Shown: one piece after another, positions 1-11,589 of the stretch
Position numbering within the stretch: the first letter of the stretch is position 1
Layout of the letters: each line of letters starts with the position of its first letter
NCBI GenBank assembly: GCA_951406725.2
Contig: OX597836.1
Span: forward strand, 38,812,001 to 38,876,000
Length of the DNA stretch: 64,000 nt
Direction of reading: 5' to 3'
Origin: Octopus vulgaris
Taxonomy: Eukaryota
The notes under the pieces: generated by a model
Told to the model about the DNA's origin: nothing
Databases searched by the model: none
Seen by the model: only the letters and a program-made list of their open reading frames with translations
Program-made: the position numbers and the translations under genes

Positions 1-23
1 TATATATATATATATATACATAT

Positions 24-190
24 ATACGACAGGCTTCTTTCAGTTTCCGTCTACCAAATCCACTCACAAGGCATTGGTCGGCCCGGGGCTATAGCAGAAG
101 CCACTTGCCCAAGATGCCACGCAGTGGGACTGAACCTGGAACCATGTGGCTGGTTACCAAGCTACTTACCACACAGCCACTCCTGCGCCT
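24..190 (-). mobile_element. tRNA-derived SINE family A, 5' half
   Basis: The reverse complement starts GGCGCAGGAGTGGCTGTGTGGTAAG with an A-box-like TGGCTGTGTGG and a B-box-like GGTTCAGTCCC. It is near-identical to many other copies in the window. Confidence 0.9.
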
Positions 191-440
191 ATATATAGCC
201 CATGCTTTCAATAAGATGATCCGGACCGAATTGTGGGTTTTACGAGTTATAGTTGGCACACTTTCCATCAAAGATTGTTCGAAGTAATGAGGCTACATTC
301 AAGTTTAATGGTTCAATTAACATCCACTATTGCACCTACTGGGGCGGGGGGGCTGAGAATCTGCATATTACAGAAGATCGTCATGTTAATTTACCAGGAG
401 TTATACTTTACTTCCTACTCGCTAACGGTATGGCTGCGTT

Positions 441-671
441 AAGGCGGCGAGCTGGCAGAAACGTTAGCGCGCCGGGCGAAATGCGTAGCCGTATTTCGTC
501 TGCCGTTACGTTCTAGGTTCAAATTCCGCCGAGGTCGAATTTGCCTTTCATCCTTTCGGGGTCGATAAATAAAGTACAGTTTCGCACTGGGGTCGATATA
601 ATCGACTTAATCCCTTTGTCTGTCTTTGTTTGTCCCCTCTGTGTTTAGCCCCTTGTGGATAGTAAAGAAAT
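441..671 (+). mobile_element. tRNA-derived SINE family B, monomer
   Basis: Head AAGGCGGCGAGCTGGCAGAAACG, B-box-like GGTTCAAATTCC, conserved core GCCTTTCATCCTTTCGGGGTCGATAAA and tail GTAAAGAAATA. More than 10 copies occur in the window. Confidence 0.9.
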
Positions 672-1040
672 ATATTATTTACCTAAGTTCTTAGCTATGT
701 CGTTACCAGTTCAATCCAGCTGCGCGTCATCTAGCACAGGTGTCTTCTGCCGTAAGCCTCAGACTGAATTATACTCTGCAAGTGAAATATGATGGACGTG
801 AACTGTAGAATTCTATCGTGGCTGGAATCAAGTTTCAGCAATTGCTGCGCTCATAATGTCTATTGAAGCAAAACATGTTTTCTGCAACTGTCCTCTTGTC
901 AGGGGTAAAAAAAAACTGTATTTTCCTTAATAGTATGTCAATTCCGAAAAATCCCTAATTCATGAGATGATCTTCCTTTCACATTCTTCATAGAATATAA
1001 TTAACGCCGAATCATTTTAGCACAGAGCACTGTCGCCATG

Positions 1041-1232
1041 ATAGCCACTACACACATTTTTTTCTCACCTTTTTTCTCTCCTTGTTTCCCTCCTTTTTTT
1101 TCTGTGTCTCTTTCTGTAGAAGAGCGTAGGCTCGAAACGTAAAAGACTTTTTCTATTCCTGAGCGTTATACTAATACATCTGCTTGTTTTGTACACCTCC
1201 TGTCTTCGTCTTTTGTTTTTTTCGTAAAATCT

Positions 1233-1277
<45 letters not shown>

Positions 1278-1442
1278 TTTTTTTCTCTCCTTGTTTTTTT
1301 CTGTGTCCCTTTCTGTAGAAGAGCATAGGCTCGAAACATAAAAGACTTTTTCTATTCCCTGAGCGTTATACTAATACATCTGCTTGTTTTGTACACCACC
1401 TGTCTTCGTCTTTTGGTTTTTTTTTTTTCGTAAAACTCTCCC
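1041..1442 (+). mobile_element. Head-to-tail dimer of a ~200 bp HHR-bearing repeat (Penelope pseudo-LTR or retrozyme-like)
   Basis: Two ~90% identical units are separated by (TA)n. Each contains CTTT-CTGTAGA-A-GAGC(loop)GCTC-GAAAC-RTA-AAAG. A decayed third copy lies at about 32395-32490. Confidence 0.65.
1110..1145 (+). ncRNA. Hammerhead-like motif, non-canonical core CUGUAGA
   Basis: Stem I CTTT/AAAG, stem II GAGC/GCTC, GAAA, palindromic ACGT stem III and a GUA triplet. A6 is replaced by U. The second copy at 1309-1344 has AUA. Confidence 0.45.
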
Positions 1443-2039
1443 CATGAATAAGCAATACCGTTTTTCTTTTCTATTTGTTTTTTTTTTTTTTTAAAGGGAG
1501 GCAAGCATACATTAAATGTTTGTTGCTAAACTAATGAGACAGCTGACTTCGATGCAATTTACAAATTTTATAGAGTCGCAGTTGATGGAATAATTGACAA
1601 AACTGTATGTAGTTCGGCTTCTAGTGATGATCGGCAATGTTTGTTTGTTTTTTTTTTTCGCTTTGTTGATATTCGCTAATGTCCACAACGCTAACATGCA
1701 TAAAAATATATGCTAGAAAAGAGTAGTAACGCTTTTAAAGCTTTTTCCTGCAGTCTCTGAATATTCCTTTTGTATCAATATCCAACAAGCGCCAAATCGA
1801 TAGTTCTGCAATTTATTTATTTATCTATTTATTTATTTATTTATTTACTTATTTTGCTGTTGTTGATTTCAACGAGATGTCACTGTATCCACTGTATCAT
1901 GTCAGCCAGTTGATATTGGCTCTGCAGCAGTGAGATTAATATATTATCACGAGAATTCACAAATGATGGCGTAGCAACATATTGAAGATTACTGACAGGA
2001 AGAGAAGGAAATATAGTAAATTTTTGCCAACAGAATTAA

Positions 2040-2248
2040 TGTATTTTCCGTCATATGAACCGAATTTTTCAGACCAAAATTTACAACCCCCACAAAAGGC
2101 AGGTCGACTTATACACTAAAACAACTTTAAAAGACCGAAAATTCCGTGTGAACTGCAGTAGAATTTGGAGAGATAGAGACGATGTGTGGACGTTTACGCT
2201 GCATGCTTACACTATATATTATGTCGACTTGTACGCCGAAAATGCGGC
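2040..2248. mobile_element. Degenerate Tc2/pogo-like MITE
   Basis: Imperfect terminal inverted repeats TGTATTTTCCGTCATATGAACCGA / TCGACTTGTACGCCGAAAATGCGG and an internal GTCGACTTATAC repeat. Confidence 0.45.
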
Positions 2249-2289
2249 AGATGTATATTGGTGGTGTCTTGTAGCCTTTCTGATTACTC

Positions 2290-2587
2290 TTTTACTCTTT
2301 TACTTGTTTCAGTTATTTGACTATGGCCATGCTGGAGCACTGCCTTTAGTCGAGCAAATCGAACCCAGGACTTATTCTTTGTAAGCCTTGTACTTATCTG
2401 TCAGACTCTTTTATTGAACCGCTAAGTTACGGGGACATATTGCTGAACCGCTATACGGGGACATATTGCTGAACCGCTAAATTGTGTGTGTGTGTGTGGG
2501 GGGGCATAGAGAAACCAACTCCGGTTGTCGAGCGGTGGTGGGAGATCAGCATAGACACAAATACACACACACGCATCTGCACAGATA

Positions 2588-2633
<46 letters not shown>

Positions 2634-2790
2634 CACGTACATATGACGGGCTTCTTTCAGTTTCCGCCTATCTAATCCACTCACAAGTCTTTAGTGGGCC
2701 CTAGGTTATAATAGAAGACACTTGCTCAAGGTGTCACTCTGTGGGACTGAACCCAGAACCATCTGATTGGGAAGCAAACTTCTTACCACT
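2290..2790 (-). mobile_element. SINE family A, near full length with internal (CA)n and a small tandem duplication
   Basis: Aligns by eye with the other family A copies. TACGGGGACATATTGCTGAACCGCTA is duplicated at about 2428-2479. Confidence 0.85.
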
Positions 2791-2794
2791 TCTT

Positions 2795-2990
2795 AGACGT
2801 CATTGATTAGTTAAAATTGCAGAAATTGAAGAAAAAACAACAACAAATATCTTACAAACTATAGAATTTTCTCAATAAAGCCAAGAGAAAAAGATGTTTT
2901 ATAAACACATTCTACCAGTATACGAAGTTTAAAAGTGTTTAGTTACGTGGAAATTATTTTAAAAAACTGCCGTTCAAACCGAAAAGATCC
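2795..2990 (-). mobile_element. Truncated copy of the GGATC-TIR MITE (one end only)
   Basis: Reverse complement of the first ~200 bp of the elements at 6451 and 14089, ending CTGCCGTTCAAACCGAAAAGATCC. Confidence 0.85.
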
Positions 2991-3737
2991 AATAGATGAT
3001 TATGATGATGATGACGATGACGACGACGACGACGACGATGGTGATGGTTTCGATGATATAAAAAGAAACCTCTTGCCGAAAGCTATTTAAAAAAAAAGAT
3101 AATTTTTCTGCGTGTATGTGTGTGTGTGTCTGTGTATGTGTGCGTTAAGAATTCTACACACGAGGGAGATCCATAAATTTTAATGTACACTAATAATCGA
3201 TGATGATTCCATTTCTTGTTGAACGCTATAAAACAAGAGCGCGAGAAGAGCTACTTGTGTGCTGAGTGAATGGCAGATTGGTTAGTCACGAAACAGCCCA
3301 CTAATTCAGCTCCCGGCTAAAAGACAATAGCACGTATCAATATCGTTGTGTAACGCTTTAAACAGAGCTATAGCTCTTCAGCTTAGTTTGTTAACGGGGG
3401 ACATAGTAATGGATTTCATACAGTTTTTTTTTTTCATTTTGTTCATCCGCTCTATTGATTTATATCAGTCAGTGAAGATAGGAACTTATTTCTCTGATAT
3501 CAGACCATAACAAGTAGAGATACTTTGATTTCTTATATTGGGAATATTGTAAGAATGATATCAAGCCATGTGATAAATCATAGCAAACTATGTGATACGT
3601 TTGGATGATTTGTTTTTTTAAAATCAATCTACTCTAGCTCTCCATCATTATGACCATCACTTCCCAATAAAGAAGTGAGCGTATTTAAGTATACACGCAC
3701 GCACGCTCGTACGCACGCACAAACACACACACACAGA

Positions 3738-3795
<58 letters not shown>

Positions 3796-3809
3796 GACAA
3801 AGAAATAAG

Positions 3810-4198
3810 AACCCACAGTATGATAGAAGACATAGCCACTCATAATGAAAAGGAATACTGGTGGAATGTCCCTGTGAAAACCCCAATAAAATGCAAGAAC
3901 AACTCATCTGAGATAATTATTTGAGATAGAGAAAAGAACATGCGTGCAGTTGTAGAAATTAGCCGTCCAGCGGATGTTAACATAAAGCTGAAGACGAGTA
4001 AAAAAAGGGAACACCCACGCTGAACTATTGAGAAATCTGCAGTCACTCTATCCAGATTACAAGTTCAGGTTTATACTTGTAATTATTGGGGCCCTGGGAT
4101 GTGTAACACACTGTCTAAATACCAATCTTGAGAAATTAGGCTTCTCAAAACCAGAATGGAGAAAGCTAATTCGAAGACAACAGATCCAATCCATCACC
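3810..4198 (+). pseudogene. Non-LTR retrotransposon fragment, restriction-like endonuclease C-terminus (R4/Dong-like)
   Basis: Translates as EYWWNVPVKTPIKCKNNSSEIII*DREKNMRAVVEISRPADVNIKLK, then after a frameshift LRNLQSLYPDYKFRFILVIIGALG. This matches the W..P..T....NRPD / E...P.D / IIGALG layout, with a stop, a frameshift and a decayed PD motif. Confidence 0.7.
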
Positions 4199-4202
4199 AA
4201 TC

Positions 4203-4204
<2 letters not shown>

Positions 4205-4237
<33 letters not shown>

Positions 4238-4248
4238 TATATATATAT

Positions 4249-4320
<72 letters not shown>

Positions 4321-4326
4321 ATATAA

Positions 4327-4419
<93 letters not shown>

Positions 4420-4496
4420 AACAACAACAACAACAACAACTATTACAATAACTGAACTTGTAATCTGGATAGAGTAACTGCAAAATAATACATAAA

Positions 4497-4530
<34 letters not shown>
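4205..4530. repeat. Compound microsatellite (TA)n-(TAA)n-(GAA)n-(CAA)n-(TA)n
   Basis: Directly visible. Confidence 0.95.
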
Positions 4531-4531
<1 letters not shown>

Positions 4532-4832
4532 GTTTATGTATTGTTTTGCATGATTCTTGATGTGGAATCATGTGGTGAAACAGTTTATTATATTTGGGAA
4601 AGGTTAATTTGTTATCATTTTTTTCGTTTTAGTTGCCAATAAACATACGCACCATTTATTCGATTGTCACATTATTATCAGAGTTATTATTAGAGAACAT
4701 CCTCTCTGGACTTGTCTATTCCATTTTGTCTTTTTTTGGTATGTAACCCTTTCGGCGCGATAGACCAGAGAGGAATAGAATCACAAGGAACAGAATGTCC
4801 TCGAGGAAGTCACAGAATGTGCGACAAAAGAA

Positions 4833-5062
4833 CTCTTTACTCTTTTACTTGCTTCAGTCATTTGACTGCGGCCATGCTGGAGCACCGCCTTTAGTCGAGC
4901 AAATCGACCCCAGGACTTATTCTTTGTAAGCCTAGTACTTATTCTATCGGTCTCTTTTGCCGAACCGCTAAGTGACGGGGACGTAAAACACACCAGCATC
5001 GGTTGTCAAGCGATGTTGTTGGGGAGGGGCACACACACAAACACACACACACACACACACAC

Positions 5063-5106
<44 letters not shown>

Positions 5107-5268
5107 CATACATATATACGACGGCCTTCTTTTAGTTTCCGTCTACCAAATCCACTCACAAGGTTTTGGTTGACCCGAGGCTACAGTAGAAGTCAGTTGC
5201 CCGAAGTGCCACGCAGTGGGACTGAACCTGGAAACATGTAGTTGGTAAACAAGCTACTTACCACACGG
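4833..5268 (-). mobile_element. SINE family A, near full length
   Basis: Tail CTCTTTTACTTG, body, internal (CA)(TA) microsatellite and tRNA-like head. Confidence 0.9.
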
Positions 5269-5361
5269 TCAATCTAATAAATCTAAAGGAAAGATCAAAT
5301 AAATTGTGCGTGTGCTTATTGACAAAAAAGAAAAACAAGTTAATGACCATCCTCAATAGAA

Positions 5362-5366
5362 CAATA

Positions 5367-5402
<36 letters not shown>

Positions 5403-6020
5403 TGTATGTATGTATATGTATGCGTGTGTGTATATATGTATGTATGTATATGTATGCGTGTGTGTATATATGTATGTATGTATGTATATGTATGCGTGTG
5501 TGTATGTATGTATGTATGTATGTATATGTATGCGTGTGTGTATATATGTATGTATGTATATGTATGCGTATGTGTATATATGTATGTATGTATATGTATG
5601 CGTGTGTGTATATATGTATGTGTGCATATGTATGTGTGTGTGTATATATGTACGTATGTATGTATATGTATGCGTGTGTGTATGTATGTATGTATGTATG
5701 TATATGTGTATGTATGTATGTATATGTATGCGTGTGTGTATGTATGTATGTATGTATGTATGTGTGTATGTATGTATGTATATGTATGCGTGTGTGTATA
5801 TATGTATGTATGTATATGTATATGTGTGTGTGTATATATGTACGTATGTATGTATGTATGTATGTATGTATATTATGCGTGTGTGTATATATGTATGTAT
5901 GTATGTATGTATATGTATGCGTGTGTGTATATATGTATGTATGTATATGTATGCGTGTGTGTGTGTGTATATATATGTATACACACACACATACATGCAC
6001 AAACACACACGCACATACGT
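5362..6020. repeat. (TATG)n-derived compound minisatellite with a ~30 bp higher-order unit
   Basis: The unit TATGTATGTATATGTATGCGTGTGTGTATA recurs throughout. Confidence 0.9.
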
Positions 6021-6450
6021 GCATTAGTATATATATTTTTTATTTAGACAGATTGCTTTTGCTGCTTTTGAAAGGAATTAAGCAAAAGTGCTAATCACGA
6101 AATCGAAACTGCGTTACGAACACAGAATTCCCAGAGCTAAGCACCTCTCGACATCACACGCTGATTTATGGTTCTCCAGATTTACCAATTCTCTTTCTGT
6201 TTTACACAGAAGACTTGTCCGACTCATTAAATGAACTTGGAGAAGTGTTAGGTTGTAGCAATGACATCAACGCACAAACTTCATCTACTTCAGCGGCATT
6301 TCGGTTCCGGGTTGAAATTCTGCTGAGGTTGGTTTTACCTTTCCTTATTACGACATCAATAACATAATTATCAATTGAGAACTCAAGTCGATGTAATTGT
6401 CTAGGCTTCTCTACTAAAATTTCAGATCGTGTGCCTATTGTAGAAGTGAT

Positions 6451-6918
6451 GGATCTTTTCGGTTTGACCGGCAGCTTTTTAAAATAATTTCCACGTAACT
6501 AAACACTTTAAAACTTCGTATACTGGTAGAATGTGTTTATAAAACATATTTTTCTCTTGGCTTTCTTGAGAAAATTCTATAGATTGTAAGATATTTGTTG
6601 TTTTTTCTTCTTCAATTTCTGCAATTTCAACCAATCAATGACGTCTATTGAGGTACAAAAACATTCTGTGCCGTATCAATGTGTCCCTCGTTTAAGAAAC
6701 AGATTGGGTTTATTTACATTTGTGAAGAAAAAAGATACCCTTCCCCCCACCCCTAACCCTAGCCCTACCCCTAACCCTAACTAACCCTAACTAATCCTAA
6801 CTCCAACCCTAAGCCTAAAACAGATTGAAATGCAATAGATCGAGACTAGGGTCATAATTATGGGTGACAATTTCATATGACACCGCTAGAAAAAACTGCC
6901 GGTCAAACCGAAAAATCC
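6451..6918. mobile_element. Non-autonomous DNA transposon (MITE) with ~30 bp TIRs, 9-bp TSD and internal CCCTAA repeats; Mutator-like by TSD length
   Basis: TIRs GGATCTTTTCGGTTTGACCGGCAG / CTGCCGGTCAAACCGAAAAATCC. Perfect TSD AGAAGTGAT at 6442-6450 and 6919-6927. Confidence 0.85.
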
Positions 6919-6940
6919 AGAAGTGATCACTAATACTAAA

Positions 6941-6972
<32 letters not shown>

Positions 6973-7328
6973 CACACACACATACACACATACACACACA
7001 CATACAAATAACAACAGATTCTAGGAGTAGTAGTTCGAGTTTAGAAACGATGGAAGAAGAATACAAAATAGTTATTAGAGTACTTTTATTTTTTGATTCT
7101 GAAATTGAGAGTCTTCAACAGAGAATAGTTGAATGGTGTTTCGACAAGTAATAACGCCGACTCTCAAGAGATTCTGGTACTGATGTTTTATGTTTTTCAC
7201 AAGAACACATGCGCACACAGTTTTTTGTTTCAAGATATTGGACCGTTCAGGAACTTTACTAATTATATCTTACAAAAGGTCAGAAGAAATGCCAGGGTTA
7301 TATCGCAGCAAAAACTATTTTAGAAAGC

Positions 7329-7380
<52 letters not shown>

Positions 7381-7411
7381 GCAGATAGATAAATGGATAG
7401 ATAGAAAGATA

Positions 7412-7474
<63 letters not shown>

Positions 7475-7488
7475 CTAGATAAATATAA

Positions 7489-7537
<49 letters not shown>

Positions 7538-7753
7538 GATAAATAGACAGATGGATAGAGGGATAGATAGAGGGATAGATAAGTAGATAGATAGATAGAT
7601 AAACAGACAGACAGACAGACAGACAGACAGATAGATAGATAGATAGACAGACAGATATATATATATATATATATATAGATAGATAGATAGATAGATAGAT
7701 AGACAGATAGATAAATGGATAGCTAGAAAGATAGACAGATAGATAAATAGAAG

Positions 7754-7794
<41 letters not shown>

Positions 7795-7830
7795 CTAGAT
7801 AAATATAAATAGATAGATAGATAGAGATAA

Positions 7831-7875
<45 letters not shown>

Positions 7876-7940
7876 GATAAATAGACAGATGGATAGAGGG
7901 ATAGATAGAGGGATAGATAAGTAGATAGATAGATAGATAA

Positions 7941-7977
<37 letters not shown>

Positions 7978-8055
7978 TAGATAGATAGATAGACAGACAG
8001 ATAGATATAGATAGATAGATAGACAAACAGATAATAGACAGACAGACAGAGAGAC

Positions 8056-8115
<60 letters not shown>
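7329..8115. repeat. (GATA)n/(GACA)n array with an internal block duplication
   Basis: The interrupted block ATAACTAGATAAATATAAAT...GGATAGAGGGATAGATAGAGGG...AAGTAG occurs at about 7471 and about 7791. Confidence 0.9.
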
Positions 8116-8361
8116 GCTATACATGTGGGAAGAGAAACATTGAAAGAGATCGTCCACCGAGCCAGCGAGTTTATACGAAATATGCTGCCTGAAATATAAA
8201 TTCTAACGGGAAGATTAGAGCAAGTGTTTGGTTGATTGACAGCTACACAAAAACATCCGGGAATCTAACAGAAAACGACAAAGGTGAAAATTATCATAGT
8301 AATCGAATTTCTTACATTTCAAAAGATCTCGAGACGATGCCGGGAAAATACAGATAAGTCT

Positions 8362-8850
8362 TTTAACTCTGTCTTCTACTGGTTTCAGCCGTTTAACTGC
8401 GGCCATGCTGGAGCACCGCCTTGAACGGTTTTAGTCGAACAAATCGATCTCAGGACTTTTTTTTTTTGAAAGCCTAGTGCTTATTCTATCAGTCTCTTTT
8501 GCCGAACCCGCTAAGTTACGGCCATTTGACTGCGGCCATGCTGGAGCACCGCCTCGAACGGTTTTAGTAGAACAAATCGATCCCAGGACATTTTAAAAAA
8601 AAAAGACTAGTACTTATTGTATCAATCTCTTTTGCCGAACCCGCTAAGTTACGGCCATTTGACTGCAGCCATGCTGGAGCACCGCCTCGAACGGTTTTAG
8701 TCGAACAAATCGGTCCCAGGACTTTTTAAAAAAAAAAGACTAGTACTTATTCTATCAGTTTCTTTTGCCGAACCCGCTAAGTTACGGGGACGTAAACACA
8801 CTAACACCGGTCATCAAGTGGTGATGGTGGGGAGGGATAAACACAAAGAC
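8362..8850 (-). mobile_element. SINE family A 3' part with a ~133 bp segment tandemly triplicated
   Basis: GCCATGCTGGAGCACCGCC...GCCGAACCCGCTAAGTTACGG occurs three times, with units starting at about 8392, 8526 and 8659. Confidence 0.9.
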
Positions 8851-9144
8851 ACAGCCAATATTGGTTTCAAATTTTGGCACAAGGCCAGCAGTTTAGGGGG
8901 AGAGGGACATCGACCCAAGTGCTCAGATGGTATTTATTCTATCGACTCCGAAAGGATGAAAAGCAAAGTTAATCTCGGCGGAAATTGAACATATAAGGTA
9001 AGGACAGACGAGGTCACCGCTTTAAAATACAATTACAATTAGATATTAATACTCTGCTGTTCTATATTTAAGAGATGAGGAATTATGTACATTATTTACA
9101 TTCTTTACGATTGACGGATATTTGTCCTCATCTTGCTTGTTGTT

Positions 9145-9190
9145 AACACAACGTTTCGGCTGATATACCCTCCAGGCTTCTTCAGGTGTC
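9145..9190 (-). ncRNA. Minimal type I hammerhead ribozyme motif
   Basis: Reverse complement GACAC-CTGAAGA-A-GCCTG(GAGGGTATAT)CAGCC-GAAAC-GTT-GTGTT. The core is intact, stem I is GACAC/GTGTT, stem III is the palindrome AACGTT, and stem II has one mismatch. Confidence 0.7.
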
Positions 9191-9248
9191 TTGGGGGAAA
9201 TTTCGAACCTGGGTTCTCATTCCTAAGATATTTTTCGATCTTCTTCGT

Positions 9249-9279
<31 letters not shown>

Positions 9280-9343
9280 TTATTATTATTCGTGTTGTTA
9301 TTGTTCAGATCACTGCTTGGAATCGAACTCGGAATATGCCCAC

Positions 9344-9417
9344 GGGCATATGGCGTAGTGGTTAAGGGCGCGGGCTACTAACCCCAAGATTCCGAGTTCG
9401 ATTCCAAGCAGTGACCT
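9344..9417 (+). promoter_or_regulatory. tRNA-derived Pol III internal promoter (SINE-type head, not a bona fide tRNA)
   Basis: A box TGGCGTAGTGG, anticodon-like arm GGG-CTACTAA-CCC and B box GAGTTCGATTC. The acceptor stem does not close well. Confidence 0.7.
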
Positions 9418-9436
9418 GGACAACAACAACAACAAC

Positions 9437-9468
<32 letters not shown>

Positions 9469-9517
9469 GATCGAAAACTATCTTAGGAATGAGAACCCAG
9501 GTTCGAAATTTCCTCAA

Positions 9518-9563
9518 GACACCCGAAGAAGGCTGCAGGGTCTATCAGCCGAAACGTTGTGTT
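9518..9563 (+). ncRNA. Minimal type I hammerhead ribozyme motif (U4C)
   Basis: GACAC-CCGAAGA-A-GGCTG(CAGGGTCTAT)CAGCC-GAAAC-GTT-GTGTT, with a perfect 5-bp stem II. Confidence 0.65.
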
Positions 9564-10335
9564 AACAACAAACAAGATGAAGACAAATATCTGTCAAATG
9601 TAAATAGTGTAAATAATGTTAATACTCTACTCTTGAGAACAATGCTAAATGTTGATTTCAAATTTTGGCACAAGGCCAGCAATTTTTGGAAAGGGGCAAG
9701 TCGATTATCACGACCACAGTGTTCAACAGGTACTTGTTTTATCGATCCTGAAAGGATGAAAGGCAAAATCGATCTCGGCGGAATTTGAACTCAGAACGTA
9801 AAGGCGGAAGATACAGCACAAAACATTGAAGTACAATGTGCTATACAGAAAAAAACCATACGAGTAATTACTATGCTAAGCTAGCTCGTGTCAATAACCT
9901 TGTATCAAACGTGGTAATAAAACAGTTGCGAAGATATATTTGGAAGAAAATATACAATGTATTAACAAAAGAAATTAGATTAAGCATAGAAATAAATGAA
10001 GATCTTGTGTTTTATTTAGGTAAGAATAAAACGTTAGAAAACTGGTGAAAACTGGTGAAAAAGGAAGAAAGAACCATTTTAAGAGGCAATCACAAGAAGA
10101 AAAAAGAAACAAAAGAAAAAGTGCCAAAATACTCTGATGCCAAGAATATGTTTCATCTATAAAAGCGTGAGTGAAGAAAATAAAGTAAATATAATTTGTA
10201 GACAAATTTGGTGCAGGTGCAACTGCGTGGGTAAGAAGGATTCCCGACCATGTGGCAAGCGTCTTTTACTATAGCTCCGGGTCGAATATAGCGTTTGGAG
10301 TGGATTTGACAGACGGAATCCGAAAAAAGCCCGTC

Positions 10336-10402
<67 letters not shown>

Positions 10403-10439
10403 CTTCATAGTCAGCCTATGAACTTTTCAGCCCACCATC

Positions 10440-10485
<46 letters not shown>

Positions 10486-10507
10486 ATGTGTGTGTGTGTG
10501 TGTGTGT

Positions 10508-10808
10508 GGAGGCACATGGCCTAGTGGTTAGAACAGCGGACTGCCGGTCGAGGGATCGCGGGTTCGAATTTCAGACTGGGCGATGTATGTGTTTATGAGC
10601 AAGATACCTAAGCTCCACGCGGCTCCGGCAGAAGGTAACGGCGAACTTCTGCTGACTCTTTCGCCACAACTTTTTCTCACTCTTTCCTCCTGCATCGTGC
10701 AGCTCACCTGCGACGGACTGGCGTCCCATCCAGGTGGGGAACCTATTCAAGGAAACCGGGAAACCGGCCCATATGAGCCAGGCATGGCTTGAGAAGGAAC
10801 AAACAAAC
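10508..10808 (+). mobile_element. tRNA-derived SINE family C (tail type 1)
   Basis: A box TGGCCTAGTGG and B box GGTTCGAATTT. Co-linear with 38173-38470. Confidence 0.85.
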
Positions 10809-10809
10809 A

Positions 10810-10844
<35 letters not shown>

Positions 10845-10918
10845 TCTCTCCTCTCTCTCTCTCTCCCCCTCTCTCTTTCTCCCCCCTCTCTCTCTGTCTT
10901 AAAAGTGGGTTTCGAGCT

Positions 10919-11466
10919 GTACCCGCAGTATAAGACTACCCCAGGTATTCGTGGAAAATAGTACGAGCGCCGAATGCGTGAGATTCATTACTGAAGGGGT
11001 TGGATAGCTGTAGCTTCCCCAGCGGTCCCTGAAGCCTCTACTTTTTTGGTGTTTCAATGGCATTTTAACTATGTTTCAATCTTTATTTTTCATTTTCTGT
11101 TCGTCAGCTGTTGCAAATGGCGTCTGGTGTCTGTCCGCTAAATTTGCTGTACTGCTATCTTAATATAAATCTTACTATTAATTTAGCTTCCCACACGTAC
11201 GTTTAAGTACCAGTAGAAAACAATGAGTTGTAGAACCATAGGATCTCTATGAGAATTTTGCCATGTCCTCCATCGATATGTGTTTGTACAAGTAGAAAAA
11301 AACTGCGCTGTAGAAGCATAGGCTCTATGCGAGTCCTTTATACACTGTTCTACATTGACAACAGTGCTAAGGTTCAGATTTCATACGGGGTGTATAAGAC
11401 GACCCCTAGCTCAGGGGTGATTTTGTAAAAATTCAAATTCCGTCCTGTACGCCGGTATATACAGTA
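10919..11466. mobile_element. Tc2/pogo-like non-autonomous DNA transposon remnant
   Basis: GTATAAGAC motifs at about 10928 and 11391. The right end CGTCCTGTACGCCGGTATATACAGTA is complementary to them and ends in TA. Confidence 0.45.
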
Positions 11467-11589
11467 TATATTTAGTCGGCCGAAACTTTGGAGTCACTGT
11501 CAAGAACTCTCTTGTGAACGAATTATGTATTTGTAAATGTAATTCGTATACAAGAGAGAAGTTTCGGCCGAGTAAATTACTGTCAGACT

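Larger units (their letters stand above)
9059..9618. mobile_element. Palindromic element: tRNA-like head, microsatellite and HHR-bearing tail in each arm
   Basis: About 9089-9335 is the reverse complement of about 9389-9619. The centre hairpin is ATATGCCC-AC-GGGCATAT. A flanking direct repeat TTAATACTCTRCT lies at 9046-9058 and 9619-9631. Confidence 0.8.

Noticed and set aside
105-287. Recurrent short ORFs such as MPRSGTEPGTMWLV.. and RPRKDERQSRPRRNLNSE..
   Set aside because: They are read-throughs of SINE families A and B and recur because the SINEs recur.
6190-6420. Splice acceptor followed by an open frame (EDLSDSLNELGEVLG..)
   Set aside because: The downstream sequence is a decayed SINE B copy and there is no good donor.
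6751-6815. Telomere or chromosome-fusion scar
   Set aside because: The CCCTAA repeats are internal to a TIR element present in two full copies.
9344-9417. Possible tRNA gene with an ACT anticodon
   Set aside because: The acceptor stem is poor and the sequence is embedded in a repeat with a truncated inverted twin, so I treated it as a SINE-type head.
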